Assembly (NCBI GenBank): GCA_022826195.1
Contig: JAJDVI010000076.1
Span: 85,971 to 149,970 of the forward strand
Direction: 5' to 3'
Source: Acidobacteriota bacterium
Lineage (GTDB): Bacteria > Acidobacteriota > Vicinamibacteria > Marinacidobacterales > Marinacidobacteraceae
Length of the DNA stretch: 64,000 bases
A model generated the notes under the pieces. That model was not told the DNA's origin. It was given only the letters and a program-made list of their open reading frames with translations, and made no database searches. The position numbers and the translations under genes were made by a program. Below are positions 38,013 through 47,776 of the stretch, piece after piece (the first letter of the stretch is position 1; every line of letters starts with the position of its first letter).

Positions 38013-39506
38013 GTGTTCGACGGTCGGTCAGGCGGCGCCAAGGGGTCTCCGGCAATCCGGTCCCGGAATGCCGCTGAACCTCCCCTCGTCCTCGTCACCG
38101 GCGCGAGCGGTTACGTGGGTGGCCGGCTCGTGCCGGCCCTCGAGACGCGCGGCTACCGGGTCCGCTGTCTGGCCCGCCGCCCGGAGTTCCTTCTGAACCG
38201 CTTCACTCCGGCGACCGGGATCGTCGGCGGCGACGTCCTGGACCCCGACTCGTTGAGGGCTGCGCTGGACGGCGTCCACACCGCCTACTACCTCGTGCAC
38301 TCGATGGGAGCGTCCGGCGACTTCGAGGAGCAGGACCGGGCCGGCGCCGGGAACTTCGCCCGCGCCGCGCGGGAGCAGGGGGTCCGGCGGGTCATCTACC
38401 TCGGCGGCCTCGGCGGGCGCGAACTCTCGCCGCACCTGCAGAGCCGCCAGGAGGTCGGCGGCATCTTGGCGGCGGAGGGTCCCCAGGTGGTGGAGTTCCG
38501 GGCCTCCATCGTGATCGGCTCCGGCTCGCTGTCGTTCGAGATGATCCGGGCGCTCGTGAACAAGCTGCCGGTGATGGTCACCCCGGGCTGGGTGCGGACA
38601 CCCACCCAGCCGATCGCGATCGACGACGTGATCGCCTATCTCGTCGGCGGCCTGGAGTTCGAGGGCGAGGAAAGCGCCGTCTTCGAGATCGGCGGTCCCG
38701 ACCGGGTGAGCTACGGCGGGCTCATGCACGAGTACGCGCGGCAGATCGGAGTGCGCCGCCTTATGGTTCCGGTGCCGTTCCTGACGACCCGTCTCTCGAG
38801 CCTGTGGCTGGGCCTCGTGACCCCGCTCTACGCCCGGGTCGGCAAGAAGCTCATCGGGAGCCTGCGGAACGAAACCGTCGTCCACGGCAGCACGGCCCTG
38901 AGGACCTTCCCGGTCCGTCCCCTGACCGTCCGGGAGGCCATCGCGCGCGCCCTCCAGGCGGAAGACCGCGAGATGGCGGCCACGCGCTGGAGCGATGCGG
39001 TCTCTTCGGGGGGCAGGGCCTCCGCGTGGGGCAGCCGGCGTTTCGGCTCCCGGCTGGTGGACCGGCAGCAGGTCGAGGTGCCGGCCGGGCCCGAGCGGGC
39101 GTTCGCGCCGATCCAGCGGATCGGCGGCCGCCAGGGGTGGTACTTCGCGACCTGGCTCTGGTACCTGCGGGGTTTCCTTGATCTCCTGGTGGGCGGCGTC
39201 GGGATGCGGCGGGGCCGCCGGCATCCGGTGGACCTCAGGCCAGGGGACCCTCTCGACTTCTGGCGGGTGGAGGCGTGGGAGGAGAACCGGCTTCTCCGGC
39301 TGTGCGCCGAGATGAAGGTGCCGGGCCGCGCGTGGCTCCAGTTCGAGGTGGACCCGGCCGACGGCGGCAGCCGGATCACCCAGACGGCGGTCTTCGATCC
39401 GCTGGGGCTCGGTGGGCTCGTCTACTGGTACGGGCTCTACCCGGTCCACTGGCTGATCTTCCGGCGGATGCTGCGGGCGGTGGCGGCGCGCGCGTCCGCC
39501 ATGTAA
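38013..39506 (+). CDS. NAD(P)-binding epimerase/SDR with C-terminal DUF2867-like domain (YbjT-like)
   Basis: VTGASGYVGG, YYLVHSM, FRASIVIGSGSLSFEM; DFWRVE, AEMKVPGRAWL; start uncertain. Confidence 0.85.
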   Translation: MFDGRSGGAKGSPAIRSRNAAEPPLVLVTGASGYVGGRLVPALETRGYRVRCLARRPEFLLNRFTPATGIVGGDVLDPDSLRAALDGVHTAYYLVHSMGASGDFEEQDRAGAGNFARAAREQGVRRVIYLGGLGGRELSPHLQSRQEVGGILAAEGPQVVEFRASIVIGSGSLSFEMIRALVNKLPVMVTPGWVRTPTQPIAIDDVIAYLVGGLEFEGEESAVFEIGGPDRVSYGGLMHEYARQIGVRRLMVPVPFLTTRLSSLWLGLVTPLYARVGKKLIGSLRNETVVHGSTALRTFPVRPLTVREAIARALQAEDREMAATRWSDAVSSGGRASAWGSRRFGSRLVDRQQVEVPAGPERAFAPIQRIGGRQGWYFATWLWYLRGFLDLLVGGVGMRRGRRHPVDLRPGDPLDFWRVEAWEENRLLRLCAEMKVPGRAWLQFEVDPADGGSRITQTAVFDPLGLGGLVYWYGLYPVHWLIFRRMLRAVAARASAM

Positions 39507-39516
39507 CAGTCCGGAC

Positions 39517-41352
39517 ATGCCTCGTCGGACCAACGCCCCGTTCCTGATCGCCGCAGCCCTGCTGGCAGCGGGCGCTGACGCCGGCCAGGAGCGCCGGATC
39601 GTGGTGGGTCCGGACTACCTCGTCAGCCGGGATGGCGACCGGCCCCACGTCGAGGTCATGGCGGCGGCCAACCCGCGGAATCCGCGCAACCTGCTGGCCG
39701 GCGCGATCACCTTCACCCGCCCCGACGGCGGCGCCGCCACCAAGGCCTACGTGAGCTTCGACGGCGGCGTGCAGTGGGAGGACATCGTCTTTGCCGAGCA
39801 GAAGGAAACGGGCGGGGGCGATCCCCAGGTGGCCTTCACCGCGGCGGGCACCGCGATCTTCGCCACTCTCGCGACGCGGGTGGACGAGACCGGGCGCACC
39901 CGGGCGTTCCTGCACGCCTACCGGTCCGAGGACGGGGGACGGACCTGGTCCGCCCCCTTCGACCTCGGCGCCTCCTACGACCACCCCATGCTGGCGGCGG
40001 ACCCGTCGGCGGGCCCCTTCGCCGGGCGGCTCTACATGAGCGTCCTCTACGGCCGCGAATACAACCTCGGGGTCTTCCGCTCGGAGGACGACGGCAGGAG
40101 CTGGATCGGCCCGGTGAAGTTCCTGGACGGCGCCGGCGAGCGGGGGCTCAACGTGGACCCGCTGCTGGTGCTCCACGACGGGACGATCGTGGTTCCCTTC
40201 GCGGACTTCCCCTCGAACCCCGAGCAGACCGCGAACTGGACCGAATCGCGCATCTGGACGGTGGTTTCGACCGACGGCGGCGTGACCTTCTCCGAGCCGA
40301 AACCCGGCCCCGTGAAGCTGACGGGCGACGAAGTGCGCGAGGCGAGGGAGGGGACGGAGCGTTTCCGGGGCGGCTCCTGGACCATGCTCGCGGTGGATCG
40401 CAGCGAGCGCTTCCGGGACCGCGCCTACGCCGTCTGGCCGAGTTATTCAGAGGGGCTCCCGCACATCGTGATCTCCTGGACGGACGACCGGGGCTCCACC
40501 TGGAGCGATCCCCGGCCGGTGGCGCTGCCTGAATCCCCGGAAAACCAGCAGTTCCAGCCCGCCGTCGCGGTCAGCGGGGACGGTGTGCTGGGAGTGAGTT
40601 GGTACGACACGCGCCAGGCGCCGTCGCGGTTCGCCTTCCACCAGTACTTCGCGGCCTCCTTCGACGGCGGCGAGACCTTCACCGAACCGCACCGGGTTTC
40701 GGGAGCGCTCTCCGAGCCCCTGGGGTCCGGCAACCTCGTGCCCGCGCCGATCACCTTCAGCGGAACGGAGGGAGAACTGCGGCTCGCCATGATCTCGGCG
40801 GCTTCGCGCTGGGTGAACGGCGGCGACTACATGGGCCTCACCACCTCGGCCGGCGGGCGCTTCCACCCGGTGTGGGCCGACGCGCGGTCGGGGACCTATC
40901 AGGTATACACCGCGGAGGTGCGGATCGAGGACGGGCCGCCCGCGCCGCCGCCGGACGCCGGCGAGCCGCTGGACGTCACCGGGCGGGTCGAGCTGGTGCA
41001 CGACCCCGGAAGCTACGACGCCGAAACCGGGGTGGCCAAACTCTGGATCCGGCTGCGGAATGTGTCCGCGACGGCTCTCGCGGGACCGATCGAGGTGGAG
41101 ATCCGCAGGTTCGGGAGCGGCATGGGAGACGTGTTCTCCGAGCTGGCTCCGGAGGTGCTCAACGCGGACAACGGGCTGGCCGAGGAGGGCGCGGTCTTCC
41201 GCTACGACGAAGTGCTCGGCAGCGAGGGGGTCCTGCCCCCGGATGGGGTGAGCGGGGCGATCCGTTGGCGTCTCAAGCTGGCGGAGCCGATCCGGATTCC
41301 GAATCTGCACCTCTACATCACCGCGCGCGAGGTGGTTGGAGCCCCGCGTTAG
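39517..41352 (+). CDS. Secreted sialidase-like BNR-repeat protein
   Basis: Signal peptide; SFDGGVQW, SEDGGRTWS, STDGGVTFS, SFDGGETF; GDYMGL. Confidence 0.75.
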   Translation: MPRRTNAPFLIAAALLAAGADAGQERRIVVGPDYLVSRDGDRPHVEVMAAANPRNPRNLLAGAITFTRPDGGAATKAYVSFDGGVQWEDIVFAEQKETGGGDPQVAFTAAGTAIFATLATRVDETGRTRAFLHAYRSEDGGRTWSAPFDLGASYDHPMLAADPSAGPFAGRLYMSVLYGREYNLGVFRSEDDGRSWIGPVKFLDGAGERGLNVDPLLVLHDGTIVVPFADFPSNPEQTANWTESRIWTVVSTDGGVTFSEPKPGPVKLTGDEVREAREGTERFRGGSWTMLAVDRSERFRDRAYAVWPSYSEGLPHIVISWTDDRGSTWSDPRPVALPESPENQQFQPAVAVSGDGVLGVSWYDTRQAPSRFAFHQYFAASFDGGETFTEPHRVSGALSEPLGSGNLVPAPITFSGTEGELRLAMISAASRWVNGGDYMGLTTSAGGRFHPVWADARSGTYQVYTAEVRIEDGPPAPPPDAGEPLDVTGRVELVHDPGSYDAETGVAKLWIRLRNVSATALAGPIEVEIRRFGSGMGDVFSELAPEVLNADNGLAEEGAVFRYDEVLGSEGVLPPDGVSGAIRWRLKLAEPIRIPNLHLYITAREVVGAPR

Positions 41353-41377
41353 CCCGACGACGGCTGGGCGGCGCCGC

Positions 41378-41402
41378 GATGCCGGCCGGAGGCCGGCGCT
41401 CC
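41378..41402 (-). repeat. Degenerate REP-like palindrome
   Basis: GATGCCGGCCGGAGGCCGGCGCTCC versus GATGCCGGTCTGGAGACCGGCGTTCC; between convergent genes. Confidence 0.55.
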
Positions 41403-41416
41403 GAGCCGGCGCTCCC

Positions 41417-42670
41417 CTACGCGACGATCAGGGGACGCAGCGCCTTGAGGCCCGCCAGCGCCCGCTCGACGTGCTCCGCGGTGTTGTAGAGGTGCGGTGA
41501 CAGCCGGAACCCGCCGGAGGTGGAACCGGCGATGCCGTGCTCGTCGTACATCCGGGAGAACACCTCGCGCCGGGACTCGGCCGGCACCTCGACGATGACG
41601 ACGCCCGCCGAGAGAGCGTCGTCCACCGGGGTCACCAGCGGGATGCCCGCTTCACGGAGGCCCTTCTTGAGGCGGCCCGCCAGGTCGTACATCCGCTTCT
41701 CGACCCGCTCGGGGCCGATCTCGCCGTGGAACTCGGCGGTGGTGCCCATGGCCGCGAGGCAGGCGTCGTCGCGCTGCCCCATGGACTCGAACTTCCGGGC
41801 GCCCCTCGGGTCCGGGTCGGCGTCGCCGCCCCAGCCCGGCGCCACCTCCGAGGGCCAGAGGCGCGGGATCAACTCCGACCGGACCACCAGCACTCCGCAC
41901 TCCTTGGGTCCGCAATACCACTTGTGGGAACTGCTCGTGAAGGTGTCGGCGCCGATCGCGGGAACGTCCACCGACAGCCCGCCGAAGCTCTGGGCGCCGT
42001 CCACGTGGACGTGGATGCCGCGTTCGTGCGCGGCGTCCGCGATCCGGCGCACCGGGAGGTGAATGCCGGAGACGTTCGAGACGTGGGTAATCGCGATCAG
42101 CTTCGTGTTCGCGCCCAGGGCTTCGATGAAGGGGGCGGCCAGATCGTCCGCTCCCGCCGGCGCCTTCGGAACCGACACCCGCCGGACCGTGAAGCCGTAG
42201 CGGGCCGCGCGGACATCCCACGCGACGTTGTTCGTCGGATGGTTCTGGTCCCAGAGGACGACCTCGTCGCCGTTCCCGAGCACCACGCCGGCGTTCACGA
42301 TGTTGTTCGCCTCGCTGGTGTTGCGGACGAGCGCCAGCTCGTCGCCCGTGACTCCGAGCTGCGCCGCGACCTTCTCCCGCGCCGACTCCCGCAGGTCCCC
42401 GAACTTCCCCCGGTTCTGGAACGAGCAGTCGTGGTCGATGTCCCGGGTCAGCTCGCTCACCCGGTCCGCCACCGACCGCGGCGAGGGACAGAGGTTCGCC
42501 GCGTTCATCGGCACCTTGTCCTCTTCGAAAGGGAACTCCCAGCGCACCAGCCGGAACAGCGCCTCGTCGTCGGCGGCGGCGGCCCGGAGGGCCGGGAAGA
42601 CGGCCGGAACGGCGGCCGTGGTGCGCAGGAACGAGCGCCGGGTAACGGCATTCGAGAGGGACTTCGTCAT
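41417..42670 (-). CDS. PLP-dependent class V aminotransferase (isopenicillin-N-epimerase-like) with Tat signal
   Basis: TRRSFLR; RNTSEAN, HVDGAQ, SSHKWYCGP. Confidence 0.85.
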   Translation of the reverse strand: MTKSLSNAVTRRSFLRTTAAVPAVFPALRAAAADDEALFRLVRWEFPFEEDKVPMNAANLCPSPRSVADRVSELTRDIDHDCSFQNRGKFGDLRESAREKVAAQLGVTGDELALVRNTSEANNIVNAGVVLGNGDEVVLWDQNHPTNNVAWDVRAARYGFTVRRVSVPKAPAGADDLAAPFIEALGANTKLIAITHVSNVSGIHLPVRRIADAAHERGIHVHVDGAQSFGGLSVDVPAIGADTFTSSSHKWYCGPKECGVLVVRSELIPRLWPSEVAPGWGGDADPDPRGARKFESMGQRDDACLAAMGTTAEFHGEIGPERVEKRMYDLAGRLKKGLREAGIPLVTPVDDALSAGVVIVEVPAESRREVFSRMYDEHGIAGSTSGGFRLSPHLYNTAEHVERALAGLKALRPLIVA

Positions 42671-42695
42671 GGCGGGCGCCTCCGGTTCAGCGAGT

Positions 42696-43883
42696 CTAAC
42701 GGGTTCCCGGAGGCGACGCGGAGGCGAGGTCCCCGGGCTGCCGGGCGCTGCCGTGGGTGATGACCGAGCGGAACAGAACCGGGCAGATGAGCGAGGTGAC
42801 CGCGGCGATCATCACCGCGATCGCCCGGTCCGTCTCGTCGAGAAGCCCGAGTTCGAGGCCCACGGTGGCGACGGCGATCACCAGGCTCAGCCGGGCCGAC
42901 AGCAGGAACCCGGTCGCCGCGGCGGCCCGGAGCGAGAAACCCCAGAAGACGAAGAGCAGGGACGGCAGGAACTTGACGAGGAACGCCACGCCGATGATGA
43001 CCCCGGCGCGCGCCAGCGCTTCCGGATTCAGGAGGGCCGCCACCTCGAAGCGAAGGCCGACGTTGATGAAGAAGATGGGGATCAGGAAGCCCCAGGAGAT
43101 CCCGGAGAGCTGGTGGCGGAGGCCTTCCGGCGGCTGGAAGAGCAGCGCGAAGACGCCTCCGGCCAGGAAGGCCGCCAGGATCGGCTCCACGTCGAGCACG
43201 GTCGAGAGCCCCACGAAGATGAGCAGCAGGGCGAGCGCCCCGCGGATCCCCATCTCGTCGGGATCGTCCTTGCGGAACAGCCGGGACACGCGGAGCGGGT
43301 GCCACCAGAGCACCAGCTTCATCACCCGGAGCACCACCACGACCGCCACCAGCAGCAGCGGCCCGTTGATCAGCTCGATCCCCCAGCCGTCCCGCGCCCA
43401 GATGGTGATCTCGGCCACCAGCAGCAGGGTCACCAGGTCGGCGATCACCGCGGACACCAGGATCGCCTGCCCGAGGCTCTCGGTGGTGATCCCGGCGCTC
43501 CTCAGGCTCGGCAGCACGAGGGCGGCGGAGGTGGTGGCGAGGAGCGGAGCGTAAAAGACCGGCAGCTCCAGCCACACCGTGGCCAGGAAGGAGAGCGCGA
43601 AGGTGCCGGCGAAGACCACGAGCGCCTGCCCGATGGGTCCCGCGCCGCCCCGCCGCAGCGCCCGGAAGTCGATCTCGAAACCGGCGAGGAACATCAGCAT
43701 CAGGAGCCCGAGCGTCCCGATCTGATCCAGCAATTCCGTGCCGTGCACCAGTCCGAGGACCGGGCCGACGAGGACCCCGAAGAGAATCTCGACGACCACC
43801 GCGGGGGCGCGCAGCCAGGAGGCCACCGGCGGCAGCAGGAAGGCGGCGATCCCGACGATCACCAGGGCGCCGGAGCCGTCCAT
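42696..43883 (-). CDS. Cation:proton antiporter (CPA2 family)
   Basis: VVVEILFGVLVGP, LMFLAGFEID, ILAAFLAG, FLIPIFFINVG. Confidence 0.85.
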   Translation of the reverse strand: MDGSGALVIVGIAAFLLPPVASWLRAPAVVVEILFGVLVGPVLGLVHGTELLDQIGTLGLLMLMFLAGFEIDFRALRRGGAGPIGQALVVFAGTFALSFLATVWLELPVFYAPLLATTSAALVLPSLRSAGITTESLGQAILVSAVIADLVTLLLVAEITIWARDGWGIELINGPLLLVAVVVVLRVMKLVLWWHPLRVSRLFRKDDPDEMGIRGALALLLIFVGLSTVLDVEPILAAFLAGGVFALLFQPPEGLRHQLSGISWGFLIPIFFINVGLRFEVAALLNPEALARAGVIIGVAFLVKFLPSLLFVFWGFSLRAAAATGFLLSARLSLVIAVATVGLELGLLDETDRAIAVMIAAVTSLICPVLFRSVITHGSARQPGDLASASPPGTR

Positions 43884-45181
43884 CACTCGGTTCCCAGCGC
43901 CGCCGCCGCGGCCAGCGCCAGCGCTCCGGTGGACCGCACCAGCTCCTCGACCGGGCAGTGCTCGTCCGGGCGGTGGGCCAGTTCCAGGATTCCCGGCCCG
44001 TAAGCCACGCAGTCCGGTATCCCGGCGATCCGGGTCACGTGCTTGTGGTCGTAGGTGCCGGGGCTCGCCACCTCCTCGACCTCGGCGCCGAGCGCGCCCC
44101 GCACCCCGTATCGCACCGCCTCGGTGGCGAGTGATCCGGCCGGCGTCCGCACCGGTTCGACCGTGAGCAGCTCCTCGATGCGGTAGCGGCGGCCGGCCTC
44201 GCGGCCGGCGCACGCCGCAACCCGGCGAGCCACCTCTTCCCGCACCGCTTCGAGCCCCTCCTCGGGCAGGAACCGGCGGTCCACCACCAGTTCGGCGCGG
44301 TCGGGAACCTGGGGGCTCTCGGTTCCCGCGCCCGCCTGTCCGCCCCGGATGCTGTTCACGTTGACCGTCGCCACGCGCGCCCCCTCCGGAACCACCGGGA
44401 GCGCGGTGCGCCGGGCGGCCAGCTCCGGGACCCATTCGCTCCGGATCTCCTCGAGAAGCGGAGCGAGGTCGGTAATGGCGTTTCGGCCCAGGAACGGCAT
44501 GCTGCCGTGGGCGACCTCGCCTTCGGCGACGACCCGGAACCAGTAGACGCCGCGGTGTCCCACGCACACCCGGCGGGAGCCGAAAGGTTCCGGAATGATC
44601 ACGGCGTTCGTGTCGCGGGCGATCTGTCCGGACTCCGCCAGCCACGCGACGCCGGCCTGTCCCCCGGTCTCCTCGTCCGCGGTCCCCGAGATCTCCAGGG
44701 TGCCGGCAAGCCGGGCGCCCGCCCGCTGGAGGACCACCGCCGCGAAGAACGCCGCCGCGACGCCGCCCTTCATGTCGCTCGCTCCGCGGCCCCAGACGGC
44801 CCCGTCCCGAACCTCTCCCGAGAACGGGTCGGTGGTCCAGCCGGAGCCCGCCGGGACGACGTCGAGGTGCCCGTTCAGATGGAGCCGGCGGCCGCCTTCC
44901 CCGCGCGGACTCCGCAGCCGCCCGATGACGTTCCGCCGGGGCCAGGCGGCGGAACCGGGTGGACAGGCCTCCGCCGGTGGATCATCGAAGACCACCTCGA
45001 AACCGGCGCCGGCGAGCCGGCTCCCGAGCAGGGCGGCGCATTCACGATAGTTCTCGCCCGGGGGATTCACGGTCGGGATCCGGATCAGCTCCCCGCAGAA
45101 GGCGGCGATCTCGGCGCGGGCCGCCTCCGCCTCGCGAAGGATCCGCGCCTCGAGGCCGGCGGCGACCGGACGGAGCGGCAT
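43883..45181 (-). CDS. M20 peptidase (DapE/ArgE family)
   Basis: NGHLDVVP, GRGASDMKGG, DEETGG, AHGS, YGPG..AHRPDE. Confidence 0.9.
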   Translation of the reverse strand: MPLRPVAAGLEARILREAEAARAEIAAFCGELIRIPTVNPPGENYRECAALLGSRLAGAGFEVVFDDPPAEACPPGSAAWPRRNVIGRLRSPRGEGGRRLHLNGHLDVVPAGSGWTTDPFSGEVRDGAVWGRGASDMKGGVAAAFFAAVVLQRAGARLAGTLEISGTADEETGGQAGVAWLAESGQIARDTNAVIIPEPFGSRRVCVGHRGVYWFRVVAEGEVAHGSMPFLGRNAITDLAPLLEEIRSEWVPELAARRTALPVVPEGARVATVNVNSIRGGQAGAGTESPQVPDRAELVVDRRFLPEEGLEAVREEVARRVAACAGREAGRRYRIEELLTVEPVRTPAGSLATEAVRYGVRGALGAEVEEVASPGTYDHKHVTRIAGIPDCVAYGPGILELAHRPDEHCPVEELVRSTGALALAAAAALGTE

Positions 45182-45229
45182 TGGAACCGAGGATACCGCC
45201 CCGTGGCGGCGGCTGGCCGTCGTCCGGAC

Positions 45230-45265
45230 TTGACGGGTCGCTCCTATTTCGATAATATTGGAAAT
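45230..45265 (+). promoter_or_regulatory. Leaderless sigma70 promoter with ArsR-type operator
   Basis: TTGACG-17-TAATAT-7-ATG; ATTTC-N10-GAAAT at 45246-45265. Confidence 0.75.
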
Positions 45266-45616
45266 ATGGAAACAAGAGCCACCGACTCCGCTGCCGGCGC
45301 GCTGGAGTCGCGGTGCGCGCTCTCCCGGGAGAGTCGTCTCGATGTCTTCCGCCTGTTGGCGCAGGGCGGTCCGGATGGACTCGCGGCGGGGAGCGCCGGG
45401 CACTGCAAGGCGCCGGCGCCGGCCTGCTCGTTCCACCTCAGGGAACTCGAGAAGGGCGGACTGGTGCGCTGCTGCCGCCATGGCAGATCCCAGGTCTACA
45501 CGGCCAACTTCCGGGCGATCCGGGCGCTGCTCGGGTACCTGACGGAACACTGCTGCTCCGAAGAAGCGTGCAGCCACGGGATTCCGGCGGCCGCGGAGGA
45601 CGGGCCCCTTGGATGA
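45266..45616 (+). CDS. ArsR/SmtB family regulator, copy 1
   Basis: SRLDVFRLL..GPDGL, SFHLREL..GL, YLTEHCC....C. Confidence 0.8.
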   Translation: METRATDSAAGALESRCALSRESRLDVFRLLAQGGPDGLAAGSAGHCKAPAPACSFHLRELEKGGLVRCCRHGRSQVYTANFRAIRALLGYLTEHCCSEEACSHGIPAAAEDGPLG

Positions 45617-45677
45617 GAGCGGGAGCCGCGCGGGCGGGCAGGCCGCGCCCGGCAACGAGGACGCTCGCCGGCCAGGG

Positions 45678-45713
45678 TTGACTTCCGGTTCTGTTTTCGA
45701 TACTATTGGAAAT
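45678..45713 (+). promoter_or_regulatory. Leaderless sigma70 promoter with ArsR-type operator
   Basis: TTGACT-17-TACTAT-7-ATG; TTTTC-N10-GAAAT. Confidence 0.75.
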
Positions 45714-46112
45714 ATGGAAACGAGAGGCGCCCAGTCGACCGCCGAGGCGCTGGAGATGCTCTGCGCCCTCTCCCAGGAGAGCCGGCTCGACATCTTCCGG
45801 CTGCTGGTACAGAGCGGGCCGGATGGACTCGCCGCCGGAGCGATCGCCAGGCACTGTCAGTTGCCGGCGCCGACCTGCTCGTTCCATCTGAAGGAGCTCA
45901 AGAAGGGCGGGCTCCTCCGGTGCTGCCGCCATGGCCGATCCCAGATCTACACCGTGAACCTGCAGGCGATTCGGGATCTGCTCGACTATCTGACGGAACA
46001 CTGCTGCGCCGACCACGACTGCGACCACGAGACTCCGAACGGCGCCGCCGGTCGGGCTCCGGAGGGGCGCACGGAACACTTTGCGACGGGCTCCGCTTGG
46101 GGTGGAAAATGA
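45714..46112 (+). CDS. ArsR/SmtB family regulator, copy 2
   Basis: SRLDIFRLLVQSGPDGLAAGAIA, SFHLKEL, YLTEHCCADHDC. Confidence 0.9.
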   Translation: METRGAQSTAEALEMLCALSQESRLDIFRLLVQSGPDGLAAGAIARHCQLPAPTCSFHLKELKKGGLLRCCRHGRSQIYTVNLQAIRDLLDYLTEHCCADHDCDHETPNGAAGRAPEGRTEHFATGSAWGGK

Positions 46113-46119
46113 CGTCGGT

Positions 46120-46144
46120 CCGGGAGCGGGTTGGCCGCTCCCGG
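46120..46144 (+). terminator. GC hairpin after arsR copy 2
   Basis: CCGGGAGCGG-GTTGG-CCGCTCCCGG perfect 10-bp stem; no U-tract. Confidence 0.4.
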
Positions 46145-46225
46145 TGGTGAGCAGGGTCTAGAGAGTCACCAGCCGCCGAAGGAGACGGAAGTCCCGGCCG
46201 CGATCGGCCGATTGGTGGGGTGTCC

Positions 46226-46261
46226 TTGCGTCGAACTCTATATTTCGATAATATTGGAAAT
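46226..46261 (+). promoter_or_regulatory. Third copy of leaderless promoter/operator
   Basis: TTGCGT-17-TAATAT-7-ATG; ATTTCGATAATATTGGAAAT identical to copy 1. Confidence 0.7.
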
Positions 46262-46561
46262 ATGGAAATCAAAACACGCCGAAGGAAGAGGCCGGGCGCG
46301 GAATCCGCCGATGCCTGCCTGCTGGACGTCCTGACCGCGCCGGTCCTGGCGGCGCTCACCCGCCTTCCCCGATCGGTGGTCGCGGAGGGCCTCGGCGCCG
46401 CGAAGATCGCCGAGTCCTGCCACCTCGGTAGCTCCCGCCGGAGGCCACCGCAGGCCCGGTTGCCGCGGGCGCTGCCGCGCGGTGGCCGCCGACGCTGCCG
46501 GGATGCAGATCACCATCCCAGGGTCATCTGCTACGGACCCCACGGATCCGGGGACCCCTAG
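46262..46561 (+). pseudogene. Highly degenerate ArsR-like copy 3
   Basis: ME start and EGLGAAKIAESCHL echo DGLAAGAIARHCQL; HTH second half and C-terminal CC lost. Confidence 0.45.
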
Positions 46562-46690
46562 GCCGGAATCGACGCGCGGGAGGCCGAACGCCTCCCGGCG
46601 CTGAGCGAACTGCCGGCGCGGGCCCCTTCCTTCGGGCTCGCGCCGCATAGAATCAAGGCCGTTCTGTCCCTTCGGCGAGCCCTGGCGCCC

Positions 46691-47770
46691 GTGCTGCTCC
46701 TCGCTTCCGGGACCGTCGTCCCGCCTGGCGGAAACGCGGAGGATTCCGGGCGCCGGCAGGTCATCCCCCCGGTCCCCGATCCCGGACTCGTCGCGGTTGC
46801 CGGCATCGAGGTGGGCCACCACGAGCTGGAGGGCCTCCCCACCGGCTGCACCGTGGTCCTGGCCCGGGAGGGCGCGGTGGCCGGGGTGGACGTCCGGGGT
46901 TCCGCTCCCGGGACCCGCGAGACCGATCTGCTCGATCCCGAGAACACCGTGGAGCGCGTCCACGCCGTGGTCCTGTCCGGGGGCAGCGCGTTCGGCCTCG
47001 CGGCCGCCGACGGGACGGTGCGTTTCCTCGAGGAGGCCGGCATCGGCTATCCGGTGGGCCCCTTCCGGGTGCCGATCGTCCCGGCCGCGATCCTCTTCGA
47101 CCTCGGAGTGCAGGGGCCGGGGGCGGTCCGTCCGGGCGCCGACTGCGGCTACCGTGCCGCCGCCGCGGCGGGTTCCGACCCGGTGCGGCGCGGGAACGCG
47201 GGCGCCGGGGCCGGAGCCACCGTGGGGAAGAGCCGCGGCCTGGGCCGGGCGATGAAGGGCGGAGTCGGCTCGGCCTCGCTGCGCTTTCCGGACGGCCTCG
47301 TGGTGGCGGCGCTCATCGCGGTGAACGCGGTGGGCGACGTGGTGGATCCCGCGGACGGGACGGTGGTCGCCGGGGTTCGCGACGACGCGGGAAACCTCGC
47401 GGACGCGCGCCGGCTGCTGCTCGAATCGCTCGCCGGTCCCGAGGCGGGAAGCGCCGGTCCGGTCCCCGGAGCCAACACCACCATCGGACTGGTCGCGGTG
47501 AACGCCCCGCTCACCAAGGCGGAAGCCAACAAGGTCGCCGAGATGGCGCACGACGGACTGGCGCGCACCATCTATCCGGTGCACACCCCCTCCGACGGCG
47601 ACACGCTGTTCGCGCTCTCCACCGGGCGTGGACCGGAGGTGCGGGTGGGCCGGGTCGGAGCCCTCGCCGCCGAGGCGGTGGCGCGGGCGGTCCTGGATGC
47701 GGTCCGCTCGGCGGAGTCGCTTCCCGGACTGCCGGCGGCGGGGGACCTTCCGGCGCCGCCGGACCGGTAG
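46691..47770 (+). CDS. P1/S58 family peptidase (DmpA-like)
   Basis: GVDVRGSAPGTRETDLL, LSGGSAFGL, GNAGAGAG, NTTIG, AHDGLAR..PVHT..DGD; start uncertain. Confidence 0.85.
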   Translation: MLLLASGTVVPPGGNAEDSGRRQVIPPVPDPGLVAVAGIEVGHHELEGLPTGCTVVLAREGAVAGVDVRGSAPGTRETDLLDPENTVERVHAVVLSGGSAFGLAAADGTVRFLEEAGIGYPVGPFRVPIVPAAILFDLGVQGPGAVRPGADCGYRAAAAAGSDPVRRGNAGAGAGATVGKSRGLGRAMKGGVGSASLRFPDGLVVAALIAVNAVGDVVDPADGTVVAGVRDDAGNLADARRLLLESLAGPEAGSAGPVPGANTTIGLVAVNAPLTKAEANKVAEMAHDGLARTIYPVHTPSDGDTLFALSTGRGPEVRVGRVGALAAEAVARAVLDAVRSAESLPGLPAAGDLPAPPDR

Positions 47771-47776
47771 CCGGGC

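Noticed and set aside
39502-39526. Second ECF promoter (TGTAAC...CGTC)
   Set aside because: TGTAAC comes from the upstream ATG-TAA, the spacer is 15 nt, and the -10 falls inside the next CDS
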